Source of the DNA: Marsupella aquatica
Taxonomy: Eukaryota > Plantae > Marchantiophyta
Direction: 5' to 3'
DNA length: 64,000 nucleotides
Assembly: GCA_973895155.1 (NCBI GenBank)
Contig: OZ316897.1
Location: 20,736,260-20,800,259 of the forward strand
Shown piece after piece: positions 11,241 through 24,575 of the stretch. Numbering within the stretch: position 1 is the stretch's first letter; every line of letters starts with the position of its first letter. The translations under genes and the position numbers were made by a program. The notes beneath the pieces are model-generated. The model saw only the letters and a program-made list of their open reading frames with translations, had not been told where the DNA came from and made no database searches.

Positions 11241-13329
11241 GCAGTAAGAAAGGAAGTACGGTAACGTACTTTACAGTACTTGACATATAGTACTTAACAC
11301 GATACGTACCGTACCTGTGAGTAGACAAGACAGAATACATTCGAATCTTTTTGGGGGCACAGCACCGAAAAGTGCTTCATTAAAGAGTACAATGGCCTCT
11401 TCCTAAGTACGCACCCCACAAATACAAACCCTGGTTAATTGCAAAGCGTCAGGTTCTTCCCTATATTTCTGACCATTGTGCACTTTTTCTGCACTTTCTG
11501 TAGTGCACAGAGGTCCCCATTGAATGACAGGTATTTAAGTGCAAAACTTCTTTAAGGGTACATGTACATTAATGGGTAAGACCTCAAATTCCTCTGTGCA
11601 ACTGTTATAGATAAGTGCAAACCATTTTTGTAAAGAGTTAATGTTGCAGTTACAAGATATTGACGGGGGGTTTACAATAGGGATATACCATCCAATAGAC
11701 GGATTAGAGAATGCACTACAGTAGATTCCTACTTCCATATGAGATGACAAGGTCTCTCATGTGACAAGTGACATAGGGAACAGGAATTGCTAAAGGTGGA
11801 GGCACTCTAGCAGCAAAAAGAGTCATCATGTTACTTACCTACAGAGTGCAGTCTTAAAATGTTTGCTTATCAGGTAGTGCAAACTTAGTAGCTGCAATGC
11901 CCTGAGTGTTCCAGGGAGTGTGCGCTTAAAAAGACTAGATGGTGAACCCCAACAAGAAAAGGAACAGGCATGATCCATAAGCGGAGCAAGAGTCAAATAC
12001 AGCAGGTTAGCGAGATAAATAAACTACTATTGAAATTTTGGGACAATTGTTTTTTGGGGGGCGATGGGGACAAAATTTAAGCATTTTAACAGACAATATG
12101 AATATCTTAAGCATTATTTTAACAGAAAAAACTGACATGTCAATTTTGGCAGTTCTTAAAAAGTAAAAATGTATAATGTAGAGAAATTCGTTCTGGCATT
12201 GCACCAATTTGATGTATTTTTAAAAAGCTTTAAGCGCATGTGCGAACCTGATCATTCTACTGTACACTTCAGAGTTTGACTTCAGGTCAGGAAGGGTTTG
12301 AATCTCGTGTGAGAAGAACATTATAATCAAAGGCTCACCTAACTCAAGCCTTGTACAGTAGGCTTTTGTACTTTGAAGTAAGGCACACTAAAGGCTCCAA
12401 GGCTCACAAAACATTATTTTTTATATGTCAACATTACCTAAACAATCCTGTCATTTTTCCAGTAACTGACTTTAGATGATATCTAATTCATAACTGAGTG
12501 TTAAAAATATCAACAAGAAAACTTGAGTGTAGAAAATTTGGCTTATTTTGTTCTATTTTTTTTGAAGAATGGCAACAATGCACCCAGTGTGTACTGCATA
12601 GACTCCTAGGGTGAAGATCAGAGAGGGGCATGAAGAAAAGCAAAACCCAAGGACCACACAACCACCAAATGCCGCAGCACTAGCAGTGTCTCACAGGATA
12701 ACCAACTAATTTGTTTTGGCTGAGAATGGATCAGGGTCAGCCACCTATGAACCTACACGTGATGAGTCCAACAACTAATTCTATAGATGGGGTGAGTGGT
12801 CCAATCACACCAGATCAGGGAGTAATATAGCTAGTAGATCTATGATGCCAGGAAAATTAGAAACGTTTCTTGTTGTAGTCATGTGCACACACATTTGTTG
12901 TTATGGTAGTTGCCTCTCCAATAAAAGACATCTGATCTGCAAGAGCGCCATGGAAGGTGATAGTGACCTTGTACCAAATATTAAGGTGAAAGACCCAGCA
13001 CACTTGTCATGTGTATGCAAATGAGTCACATCTCTGGGGCAGTCCTCTCTAAAGCAAAGGCTCAACCCACGGTGTAGGGTGGCAGGAAGGGTTATTCTCA
13101 AGATACATACTCCCTAGCTATGCTGATGTGACAAACCAGCCTCTCTAGAAGGGTGCATACAAAATGACATTGTTCTAGCCTTTTGGTTGGGTGGCTAAGG
13201 TTTGGTCATTCAAACTTGAAAGAAAAGATAAAATCCCTAATTTGACTTCAGTTTCACTGGCTTAGGTGCTCAGATGCTTTCTTAGGAACAGAATAATCAA
13301 TCACTTGAAAAAATTACATCTGATGACTG

Positions 13330-13930
13330 TGTGTTGTTAACCAAAAAATGTGGTTCAGTCGGTCTCCCAATCCCCCATTTTTAGAGGCAACTTTGAACTA
13401 TGGAGACCATCAAGCCGATCTATGTCCAAAGGGGGTACAAATGCTACAAAATCATCATAACCATGATTCACCTTATCCTAGGGAACTTAAAGCCCTCATG
13501 GACACACACGTTTCTCGGGACTACCCGGATGGACACAACCATGTGACACTGTAAGAAGAATCTCCAATTACACCTAACAAACGGATTGCCATCTTTCATT
13601 AACGAAACAAAACCTTGCTTTAGACCTTATGGTTGAGCTAGACGGTCACCACATCCTTGCAAGGAGGAAAAAGTGTCTGGACTACCAGAAGAATCAATTG
13701 AATATCGATTGGTCCTGGTCACATACCTCCTTACAAATCACTTTGGGATTACAATCAAAAAGTTTGTTACACGAGGAAAAAATGAAATTCAAGTTGTGTC
13801 TATATGGATTATGTGTGTCTATCGGGGCTTTCTTCCAAACGTTTGTGTCCATGAGTACTTTAAGTTCCCTTATCCAACTATTAACTGGTTCATACCGTAA
13901 AGCATCAAAGGACACCGTTGACAGATAAAC
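13330..13930 (+). mobile_element. Possible decayed LINE ORF2 fragment
   Basis: Frame-broken peptide CVLLTKKCGSVGLPIPHF resembles the plant LINE post-RT motif (C.PK..GGLG); many stops. Confidence 0.3.
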
Positions 13931-16900
13931 GGTACCAACATTGAGGTTATCCACCGCCCATCTTCTATAGATGGGGCGTACTGTACTGCTATTTCCCCCG
14001 TACTGTACTGCTATTTTCCCCACCCCTCCCCCAGTCCCCCACCAAAAAGGGAAACAGCGAGCCTCCAATGGAAAATAGCACAATGTGTCCAAGAAAAGGT
14101 AAATTGGTCAGAATCCAAAAGTTGCATGCGTTTTATATTATTTTGTTTTCTGACAGAAGTCGGTGGTTGGTGGTCCACACTTATTAGGGTATTGTCTTAA
14201 ATTGCAAACTGGATTTTTGATTCGTACGGAGTTAGTGCTAACCTGCCACGATCGGCCACTTTAGTGTTAATACGAAATACAAGGTGTAAAAGTTGATTGG
14301 GGTTGAATAGACACTTCCTTTCATTTGGGTGTGAAATTGATTTTCAATTGAGCAAAAAATGAAAACTCTATTCAGCAAAGTATATATATCAGTGCAAACG
14401 AACAAAAATGTCCAATGGGGAGACAGGGTCCCAAACGCAAGCAACCATGAACTAAAGGGAGGGGAAAAGGCCCAGAGTAGACCAAGAGGCCCAACAAGCC
14501 AAGGGGTCCCCCAAATAGACTTAAACTTCTGACAAAATGCCCGGATAGACCAGCACAGTCCAATGGGACTGCAAAACTTCATTTGTTGGTCAAAAGTGAT
14601 CTGGTCCATCCTCGTTGCAAGGGTCATGATAGTAATCCATCTGAGCATCTCAAAGTGAGAGTGTTATCCAATGAAAATCAAGTTAAATAGTTCTATCAAG
14701 TTTACAATCCCCAGAATTCGGTCCATTGTAAATTTAGTTGTTTTCAATATCATCAACATTTAAGTGAGGGATGTTGGGCTGAGATTTTGAATCTCCAACT
14801 TGTGGCAAGAGGGAGAGGCATTATGGGATTATGGGTTGAGTCTCTAACTATATCTTAAGGATTTCTTAAGGATTTCACCTGCTTTTGACTACACATTAAC
14901 ACAAATGGGATATTATGGCTAGACAAATGGAAGCAGACATATATGAAGGACAAAAAGTTGTAGTTGTCTCCTCCAGAAGTTGTCTCCATGCCTATAATTG
15001 TGTCTGAATAGGACGTTTCAAAGTTCAGAAAATCCTTATGGCTGAAAATTTCTGGGACATAAGATTTTTACGGGATGTGTATTTAGGTAGCCCGTAGGGA
15101 GTTATGTCCTGGCCATAAAAAGTTATATGTCCTTGCTCGTATCTCCTTGCGTTGTTTTGACATGCCCTAGTGTCTCCTACCAGAAGTTGTAGTTGTCTCC
15201 TATAAAAACCATGACAGGATATGCCATCTGGTGATTGGTTGAGGTGTGAGGAAATGGGCGACTACCTGATGTATGTTCTGTATTCAGTCCAAAAGTCTCC
15301 TGATATCTCCTGTCTTTTTTAATATATGGAAATTGATTTCCAAAGCAAATTCTCCTGACATGAAACTCGTTTGCAAACGTTATGTTGTTCTTTTGAATTT
15401 CCACTCAGAATTGGCGTAAAGCAATAAATGAGATATTGACCAATTATTGTAAAGTTGTTACGCTAGGGTCTACTGAAATCATTGGCCCCTCTTGAGTGGG
15501 TTTTCAAAAATGTCTCCTCTAGGTTGAATATTATGCTAGCAAATGTGAAAAGTGGAAAACCACAAACAATCATTAAATACAAGACCTATACTCAATATTT
15601 TAATTTGGTGTGTGGGCAAGATCTACTTCAACGGCCCCCCAACAAGAGGGCACAAAGGAACACCAAACAGTCCTGAGTGGCTCAAAAGCTCAAATAGCTC
15701 AAGAATCAGCTTGTTTATCAACTATAGCACCTCTAATTCTGGCTCAAAGTCTGGCAAGAACTAAAGGCCCACAATCCTACCTCAAAATTGGAAAGAAGAC
15801 CTGTTGTCTTGGCTCACAACAGCTACAATTTCATTCTTGAAACTGGTCAACTTGTTTATCACTATAACATCTCCAATCCTGGCTCACAGTCTGGCAAAGG
15901 AAAGCCTACAATCCACTGTGTACAAGCTATGTGAAGCACCTAGTGTAACTCCTTCAACGCTCTACAGTTTTATTTGTCACTCAAACCATTCATTTACTAT
16001 AGGAATCCCCAGCTGATATGAATAAACTGGCCCTAACTGAGCACATGTGATTTGCATTCTTATTTGAGAGGTGCTTTTTTCTAGACTGTAAACTATAAGA
16101 GCAAACTATTGGATGATTTCATCACCTTGGGAGCAGATGTAATGTGCCCACAAATTGTTCCTCATTTGAAGTACGTGCGTTGTCTTCCAGTTGCGTGGAA
16201 GTTGTCACGCTTTTCAACTCACACTATCAGGGGTTGTTGGGGGGTGCTGCGGTTCCTGACAATCATGTTTGTTCTCTGCGTGCTTATAATAAATTTGGTT
16301 CTAGTTACCTCGTTGAAAGATAAAAACAAGTGTTTCGGGATAAGCCTTTCAACTCACTGTAGTGGAGTTGTCTGGGCCATTTTGTACCCTAGATGGAGGG
16401 GGATTTGGTAGGCCATGATTAAGGATGCTTTATAAGTAGAAGTAGGGAAACACCACGTTTTTGGTGCTGTGGTTCCTGGTTTGGCATATTTGGGTGGGGG
16501 GTTCCTGTTCGTTTGCTGTGTGGGTAGCTAGCTGGCTTTCACCTGAATCTTGGTTTGAATGCCCTGGGTGATGGTTACCTTTCCATTAAAAAAACATCCT
16601 TAGATCAAAGCAGAGATGGGTCCTCCTTGGGGTGTGAGACCATCCTTGGCATCCTCAGATCTACAATACTGTAGGGCAATAGCAGCATCAAGGCAAACTT
16701 GGGGATCCTGGCCTCTTGATGACAGCTTGATGAGCACCTCCAAGTGATGTAGGCAGTAGGCCAGGTCCTTGGAATACCGAAGTGCTATCACCTTTCGCCC
16801 CTTCATGAAACATTCATTATATTTCAGTCATATCATATCATTCATGTCATGAATTACTGTAGGCCAGAATAATATTCTCCCTGTTTTCATTTATGAATGA

Positions 16901-17149
16901 CTGTAGGCCAGATAATATGCTCCCTGTTTCCATTCTATAATTTAAAAAAATAAAAAATCTGAATAGCCAGTGGTAACACCAGGATGCTTATAATATTTTA
17001 ACATTTACAAGAAAATTTAGAGGTTTTCCAAGGACCCAATGATATTTGTTAGATGGGCCCAACATTTCAATATTTATTTATTTCTTGAGATGAGCTGGGA
17101 TGGCTCTAAGTTTGTTATGTGCCCCAACAGAAACAGGTGCAGAGTCGTT

Positions 17150-17430
17150 ATTTATTTCCCTTGAAAGACGGACTGAAAACATTAATAATGAAACGGGTAG
17201 TCTTCTAGCTCATTGGACGTCTGAAGAGTCACCCCACCAAAAAGCCCTGTCCACCATATACGGTGGGCATGCAAAGACCCTTGCGTGCCTTAGTGTAACG
17301 TGTGGGGGAATCATTTTTATGCCAAAAGGTCCTTTTCATTGGTTACATTGAAGATTGTCTGTGATGCCAACATAATTGTATGATATCTTGCTATTATGAC
17401 GGGTCCAAAAGGACCTTTCCCTGAGATCCA
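17150..17430 (-). mobile_element. Possible decayed LINE ORF2 fragment
   Basis: Minus-strand peptide RKGLCMPTVYGGQGF resembles LC.PK..GGLG of plant LINEs; interrupted by stops. Confidence 0.3.
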
Positions 17431-18432
17431 TTGAACACTCTACGCGGATATTTGTAGACTGTCTTTATCCTGTAGTGTTTATAGACATTGCACAAGAACC
17501 CAAACCTTTTTGTGGGCTAAATGTGAATTATTGATTGATAGGCGGGAAAGCTGAGAGTGACTAGTTAAGATTGCCGCGATCAGTAGGACTTGCTTTATTG
17601 AGTTTTCGCCTGAATGCCCGAGCTTTGCTCATGAATTCCTGCACTTTGCTCATGAATTCCTGCACTTTGCTCATGCATGGATGGTGAGTACAGGTCCCTG
17701 TGCCCATTTCCAGTTCCAGCTTTGCCCCCAAGTCATGGTCTAGAGACTTCACTGTGGACTGTAGTCCCATCCCAGCTTTTGATCGCACTTTGTATAGAGA
17801 GATAGATCATACCAGCTGATTGTTGTGCTCTTGGTGAGTGCCCATGCCCATGTTCTGAAAGCTTCACTCTTGGCGGTTGGCCCTTACGGTATCTTATAAT
17901 TGTGCTTGATCAGATTTCTTCTAATTGTCTCGTTTTATTTTGAAAAGTTTTGTGTAATTATTTGTCTGTACTTATGTTGCGCAAATACCCTGAGAGCCAT
18001 GGAAGGGCAGTGCGGAATTAGTGAGGACGTTAATTGGAACCACACATAGCCCACAGATCACTTAGAAATTCATTCCTCTCAAATGCTTTGCAGTGTCACC
18101 AAGCACTACAGTACTATGGGCTGGGCCCGGTAACATTGTTGTTATAAGAGTGTGTTTCTTTCTCTTGCTTTTCTATGCTTCTCCCTAAACCCCAAACTAT
18201 GTTGAAAAGAAAAACTAGGTAGCTTTATCTGTGATCTGCAAGTGAGATATACAAGTACACAGCCTGACACATAGCTCAAGGAGAAAGCAACATATTGTTA
18301 AAGTGCCTTTGAACAAGCCATGCAACTACACTAGCTTGCTCACATAGGAAACCCTGGTTTGCAATTTAGTGTATTTTAGTAATTTTTTCCTCTCAGTTGC
18401 ACGCCTAAAGCTCCAAATCATTGGAACTAAAC

Positions 18433-19268
18433 CTTGGCCATGGCCCAAGAAAGGACTCAACTAGGCCCAGCAGCATCTTCTCGACTTGATGGACTGCAAA
18501 GATATATGGATTCAGGATTTGACCAGGCCCTTTGGACAGTCGGCTGTCATAAATTCAAAAACCCGTACTCCACAGAAGTCCTTGTTGGGTCCGCCTCCGA
18601 CTCACAAAGCGCCGCTACTTGAATCTGGGTGCCAAAAAATCTACAACATGTTAATTTTTGATAAACTCAAAAAACCGAATTAGATGATGAAATGCAATAT
18701 GCTTGAGGTGATCATTGTTTGGTGTGATCTGGTAAGCTCAAGCCACCTACTGAAGAAAACCCAGACTCTTTGGACATTTCCTTACACACAATCTTATATG
18801 GTCAAAAATCTACACTTGGGAACTTTTTACAAGTCATTTGTTTAACAGAACCATAATATTTTAAGTTTCACTTGAAAGCTGTTAACTTATTCAAAGATAG
18901 TAGCTACATTAGCTCAATTTTGGTTTGAAGTGTTGTCTAGACCTAAAGAAAAGTGCACAATTGTAGATTACAGTTTGTAAATAAGAAATGTTTGAGTATA
19001 TAGGATTGAGTGTTGGAGGTAATCCAACCTGCATGAGTGTTGGTAGGTAGCTTGAACTCACAAGATCACACCAAACTATTTTCAGCGAGATTTTCAGCTC
19101 AAACATGACTCATTTAGTCATCCGATTAAATATTGAAGTTTATGAAAAATTAACATTTGGTTGCTTGTGTGGGCCTGGTCTGAATCCATCGTTGTGGTCC
19201 ATCAAGTCCAGAAGATGCAAGTGTGAAGAGGGGCCTGGTTAAGTTCTTTCTAGCCCCGGCTTGGCCAT
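18433..19268. mobile_element. Foldback / long-TIR non-autonomous DNA transposon (~840 bp), degenerate
   Basis: Left arm (~18433-18810) matches the reverse complement of the right arm (~18985-19268) in several blocks: GCATCTTCT.GACTTGATGGAC, ATGTTAATTTTT.ATAAACT, GTTTGGTGTGATCT.GT..G.TCAAGC.ACCTAC. Confidence 0.75.
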
Positions 19269-20589
19269 CTTACTTAAAAAGCAGGAACAGAAGCTAGAGT
19301 GCAATCTAGGCTTCTAGAATGAAGCCCTAGACTATAACTCCAATAAAGACACATACTCTTATTGAAGACAAACAAAAATTATGGTGCAAGAAAAAGATGG
19401 GGCAAAGATAAAAGGGAAGTAATGCAATATTCTTATTTTTTGGTGGATTGTTTTTTGGTTTTCATCTCAAGGGGGCAGGGGAAGGAATCTAAATTTGGGG
19501 TGGGAGTGAAAATGGGATTGGGGTATGTCGTTTGTTTATCAAAAGGTTACTACTTATATTTTCACTACTTTACAACCAATACCATTTTAATTGTATCACA
19601 GGGATGTGGAGGGACCCTATTTAGACTTCATCTCATCGGAAAGGAGTAGATTCATTTTCACTCCCGGAAATTCACTTTTTATCAAGTCTACCGACTATCT
19701 CACCCTTCACTGCTTTTGATCAAGTCCTATAGACTGCACTCTCTACCTTCCTCTTGGTCTCTAGTGGAGTGTTGTCACCACTCCTCTGGCTCACAAGGCC
19801 GACCAGACCTTGCAAACTTCTCTTAAGAATCCACTTGGTGGGTCCTTTCACAAAAAACACACCAAAACGGCTACGGGAAGAACATAACTATGAGAGAAAA
19901 GAAATCATAACATGCAACAAAATTGGGAGAGTCAAATTGAATACATATCTTTTGGTGAACAACATATTAACACATTGCATGAGTAACCCGGCCTCCTGCC
20001 GTCTACTCAACTCCTATCTCACTAGGACAATGATACTTCTCACCTCACTACTAACTCCAGATGACTTCCCTCTCTACGCTACAAGCTAACACTCTCCATC
20101 CAGACTAGACTGAGTTCCCCCCTTGCACCTACCCGGGGCTGCCCTTAAATACAAAAAAACACACCAAAGCACACAAGCCCTACAAGGGTGAGGCAACCAC
20201 TACCCTCAAAATCTAACTTACATGCGGCACACACATGTGTCACCAACCAATCTTATCCTAAGTGAGACCGACAGTGCCTTCGACGGTGCCCACTATCACT
20301 CCGCTAAACAAGGACTCACTTGAGTCCACCACTTCCTATCCAATCTATCTACCTTGTCTACCAGCATCAATCCTCTTGATTGCCACCACCGGTCTGCAGT
20401 AAAAGGTCAAAAATAAAATTTTCTCAGAATTCACTTCTGAAAAATATCCGAGGAATCCTGCTCTTCCTGGTCACGGCTCCGTAAACGGCACACAAAACAA
20501 AGGGCAAACAACCAAGATATGATCATTTAAGTTTTTACGGTAATTAGGGTACCGCCCCCTCCATTTCGTTTGTACAACACCAGGGAGCC

Positions 20590-20870
20590 CCTACTTTGGA
20601 AAACATGGATCACGGATCCCCGTATGTGCTGCTACTTCTTCTTTCCCTTGGAAAGCCAGGACCTTCTGCAATACGGACGTCTGTACGACCTCAAAACTCT
20701 CGCATTCTAAAAAACAATGTGATCCATTGTATCTCCTCCATCTTAGCTTCGTTTTGGTTGTGTGACACGTCATTAGATTTGGCTCGGAGAGCTCTTTCCA
20801 ACAATCCTGTAAACTCCTGTTTCTAAGATGGTCAACAATTTGATGTTCATATAACCAGGGTCCATACACA
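20590..20870 (-). mobile_element. Decayed LINE ORF2 C-terminal zinc-binding (zf-RVT-like) fragment
   Basis: Across a frameshift the minus strand reads DTMDH..FLEC, matching the ET.DH.F..C zinc motif at the end of plant LINE ORF2. Confidence 0.4.
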
Positions 20871-22119
20871 CATTGAAAGCAAACACAATAGGGAAAGGGT
20901 TTAGGATTTAGGAATGGGTGAGAACCCCACTAGTGAGAAAAGAGAAAAAGGGAAGGAAGAAAGTGTGGGGGCCCCTTCTACGGTGTGGGGGCCCCTTCTA
21001 CGGAGTGGGGAAGGGAAAATGTGGGAGCCCGACAAATTGTGAAGGGGAGGAGAGCAAAAACATGTGAGTACCACACAAAAGATGAAAGGGGAAAAAGGAA
21101 CACAAGTGTGGGAACCTCTTCCTTCTAAGGGGCCTCCCACCATCACTACTCCTAGATTGCCTAATTTTGCCATTTTACAGGCATTGAGGTTCCTCAAGAT
21201 TTTGTTGTTGATAAAGACCTTAACTCAACTTGGGAACCACAATTTTGCATGGGACTCATTATGGGCTTCAAAATGAATCCAAACATGACCATGTTTGGAA
21301 GAGTACTAGTGCAACAACGTCTGTTTGAAGTTTCAATATTTTCTATATTTTGGTCATTCTTCCCGTTTTTCTCCTTATGTGGAGCCTCTGGCTAGCCCCC
21401 ACCCATCCAAGATGCCCACACCTTGGCCTCCAAGTCCTTGGGCTGCCTTTTGACCTCCATGTAACCCCTCAATGGCTCCATTGTCATCCATCATTGCCCG
21501 ACACCCCTCTCAACTCCAACCTCTGGTTGTCGCATCAATTTATTAGAACTAACAAAAATAAAAAGTTTAAAAATCCAAGTACTTTTGCTACAGTTACTTG
21601 TCTATCTACTTATATACATAATTATATGTCATCACTAAGTTACTATTGGGTTTGGGGCCCTGTCACAGGGTGGGGCAAGTTTTTCAAAGGGTTTATTATG
21701 CAATAAACCCATGCCTCATCTGAGCAGCGTCAAAATTTCTATCACAGATAAATCCTACTTCCTTTTCTTATAAATAATCAAATGAAGAAAGGAACCTAAC
21801 ACGAGCACAAAAATGAGAAAAAAGTAAATAGAGGCCAAAAATTGTGAGTGTTTGATAAATTGCAGTGTGAATTTTCAGCTATTTAGGCTTCATAAACTAA
21901 TTGTTAGCCATGGAACTTTTTATGCTTGACCTTCCTCTTGATGGAGAAAACTTTCAAGTGGGTGTTTCATTTTGTCTTTTGATACATGAGTCTTATTACA
22001 CTAGAGAATATATTTTGTCGACAATTTGTTGTCCTCGAGTTGTCCTCACCTCTATTGACTTTCAAAGAATGGGTAGTCATAGCTACTTGGTCATAAGACG
22101 GATTAAGAAGAGGCTGTTG

Positions 22120-22560
22120 GTTTGAGGGCCTCTAATCAAACAAAGTCCTCTTAGTGCTTAGCATTCTGAGCCGGATTCTAAGCTCTACCAGGGTTTCTCA
22201 ATTTATAGAGGAGTAGGGCTAACCTTTAGTTCCTTCCCTTGCCTTAGTGTGGGACTCTCAGGCTTTTGGCTTTTTGGTCTTTCTGAAGTTTTTCCCATGC
22301 TTTCTTCCATTTTTGGGGTCTGGTGAAGTCCTTTCTAGCCCTTGGCCATTGGTTGTATTACGGATTGAGCACATGCGTTTGGTTCAAGGGCCCTCTAGTA
22401 AGACAAATTCCATTTGGTGACACTCATATACCTTTTGAGCTTTACCAGGTTTTCAGTTTATAGAGGAGTATAGCTTTAGTTCCGTTGGCTTGCCTTATTA
22501 GTGTGGGACTCTCAGGGTTCTGGTTTTTTGGTCTTTCTCAAGTTTTTTGCATGTTCTCAT
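22120..22560. repeat. Degenerate ~260-bp tandem duplication
   Basis: TTTATAGAGGAGTA and TTAGTGTGGGACTCTCAGG occur at ~22202/22244 and ~22457/22498. Confidence 0.7.
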
Positions 22561-23849
22561 TCATGTATGGGGTCTTTTGTCTTTGGGATCTTGTCTCCCT
22601 ATTTGGCTCTTTTTTCTCTCTAGTAGTGTGATACATATCATTGGGCCAGGATCCATTATGATAATAATGTTTTGCTTACCCTTGGTTGCACATGGAAGCT
22701 CCAAAATAATTGGAACCAAACCTTGTACCTACTGGAAATAGAAAAGAACGGGAAAGAGAATGATGTGTACCAAGATGAGAAGACCAGGCAACCGTCCACA
22801 ACCCGGAGCAAGGGACCCTCCACATTGCATCTACACAATGCAATATACAATCCCATTAGTTCTTTCTCATTACTGATCCCCATGGGAAGTACCCTCCAAA
22901 ATCTGTGCGGTCACATCATCAATTTTTGTCACAATCAAGAATGTATATGCTTGCAGTTGTAAACAGATAAGATTGTTCAAGTTTGACACAAGTCCAAACC
23001 TAAAAATTCAAAAGTAAATTTTAAACAACAAATAACAGGGGGAACAAATTCAGGCAATGGACAATGAGCACAACAGTCCCAAGATAAGGTTGACGCTGTC
23101 AGATTCATTTTTTATCAATGGATGGGATAATGTGCTGATGATTAACTTTCATGGTGTGCTCTTTGTTTTTATGGTCTGTTTATTGAACATTGACCATTAT
23201 GGCAGGACGCCTCCTTGGCCATTAGCTTATGGCGACATTGTTTTCCTAGCCATGAGATGGGAGTAAATGAGCCAGTGTGCACCTTTGCCATGCCCAACAT
23301 TTGAGTATCCCTGCAACTGGTACACTCCTTGCGATCAAGTTGTCAGGTCAATTTGTGGACTCACCATGTCTAACTGCCTGACCATCTCACCAATGCTCGA
23401 CAACACTTGTGCTCAACATCACTTGCTATCCATAATTCTCTGCAGTGCACACACACATTGGGCTATTATTAGTTGCACATATAAGAGCAAGGCTGCAAGG
23501 GTAACCCTTAGCTCTCATTCTGCACATTGATGGGCATGAGTGTCGGGGTGAGCTCCACTTTTTTTAGTCACTATTCACTGCTGGCAAGAATGAACAATAG
23601 CCGGGCACGAAGAGGGGCCTTTTTACATGGGCATGTGTGGTTTAAAACACCACTGTCCATTACAAAACCTAGATACAACAGACCTACATACACCAGGTTT
23701 CTCCATACTTAGTACCTTTTTCCTGAAATTGTGGAGCAAAGTTTCACACTAAAGGAGTGCAATATGAAAAAGGGAAAAGGCTGACACTTCTAGTTTTATC
23801 TGGCCAGTGGTGGTTACAACTTACTAGCCATGACAAAAACCTGGTTTCA

Positions 23850-24575
23850 CTATAAATAGTATCATTTCCAGAATTTGTAGAGCATTATGGGAGGAGAGAG
23901 GACAACATAAATAGTATATAATTTCCAGAATTTGTAGAGCAATATGGGAGGAGAGAGGACAGCATAAACACTATCAGGAGGACTTTATAAGACGTTGGGG
24001 GCACTTGGGATTTTTTTTCACCAAAGCAAACTGGGGTGCCATTGCACACACTAAATATAATGTAGGGGGCTAAAAGCATTTTTTGAATCCTTTTATTGCC
24101 CCCAAGGTCTTGTAAAGCCAAGTGCAGCCAATGGTGCCAAATTATTTGACTAAAAGACAGATTGAGGACCCACTCCACCAGAATGTCACCTAATCTTTGG
24201 CTAAAGTCTTTGTAGATGTGAGAAGAGAATGTCTTATGAAGGACTTGTGGGTCCCTTTTTAATGCAAATGACTTAAAATAGAAATGGACCAAGCTGCCAG
24301 AAGAAGAGACCACCAAGAGAGGTGGTCTAAAATCTAGGACAAAAGAGTGCTCCACATAAGCAAACATTGGGCCCTATTGCATTCCATGTAAGATTGGTAA
24401 TAGGTTGGGTTGAAAGTGCCCCCAACTTTTTGTAAAGTGAACAGCAATAGTTTCTCTCAAATGGATGGCTCTGATCAGATTTTGGAGACAAAATTAATAT
24501 GAAAACTGCCCCCCAAGGTCTTGTAAAGCCTCATTTCCAGAAGTTGTAGAGCAATATGGGACGAGAGAGGAGAGG
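23850..24575. repeat. 57-bp tandem repeat plus displaced copies within a decayed TE related to 6900-7110
   Basis: ATTTCCAGAATTTGTAGAGCA.TATGGGAGGAGAGAGG twice in tandem and again at ~24533; CCCCAAGGTCTTGTAAAGCC at ~24100 and ~24511. Confidence 0.65.

Noticed and set aside
12275-12312. B-box-like GGGTTTGAATCTC
   Set aside because: No A-box or cloverleaf upstream; too weak to call a SINE or tRNA.
16848-21005. Small tandem duplications (44 bp at ~16850, 21 bp at ~17623, 20 bp at ~20962)
   Set aside because: Ordinary slippage repeats in decayed TE sequence; no sign of function.
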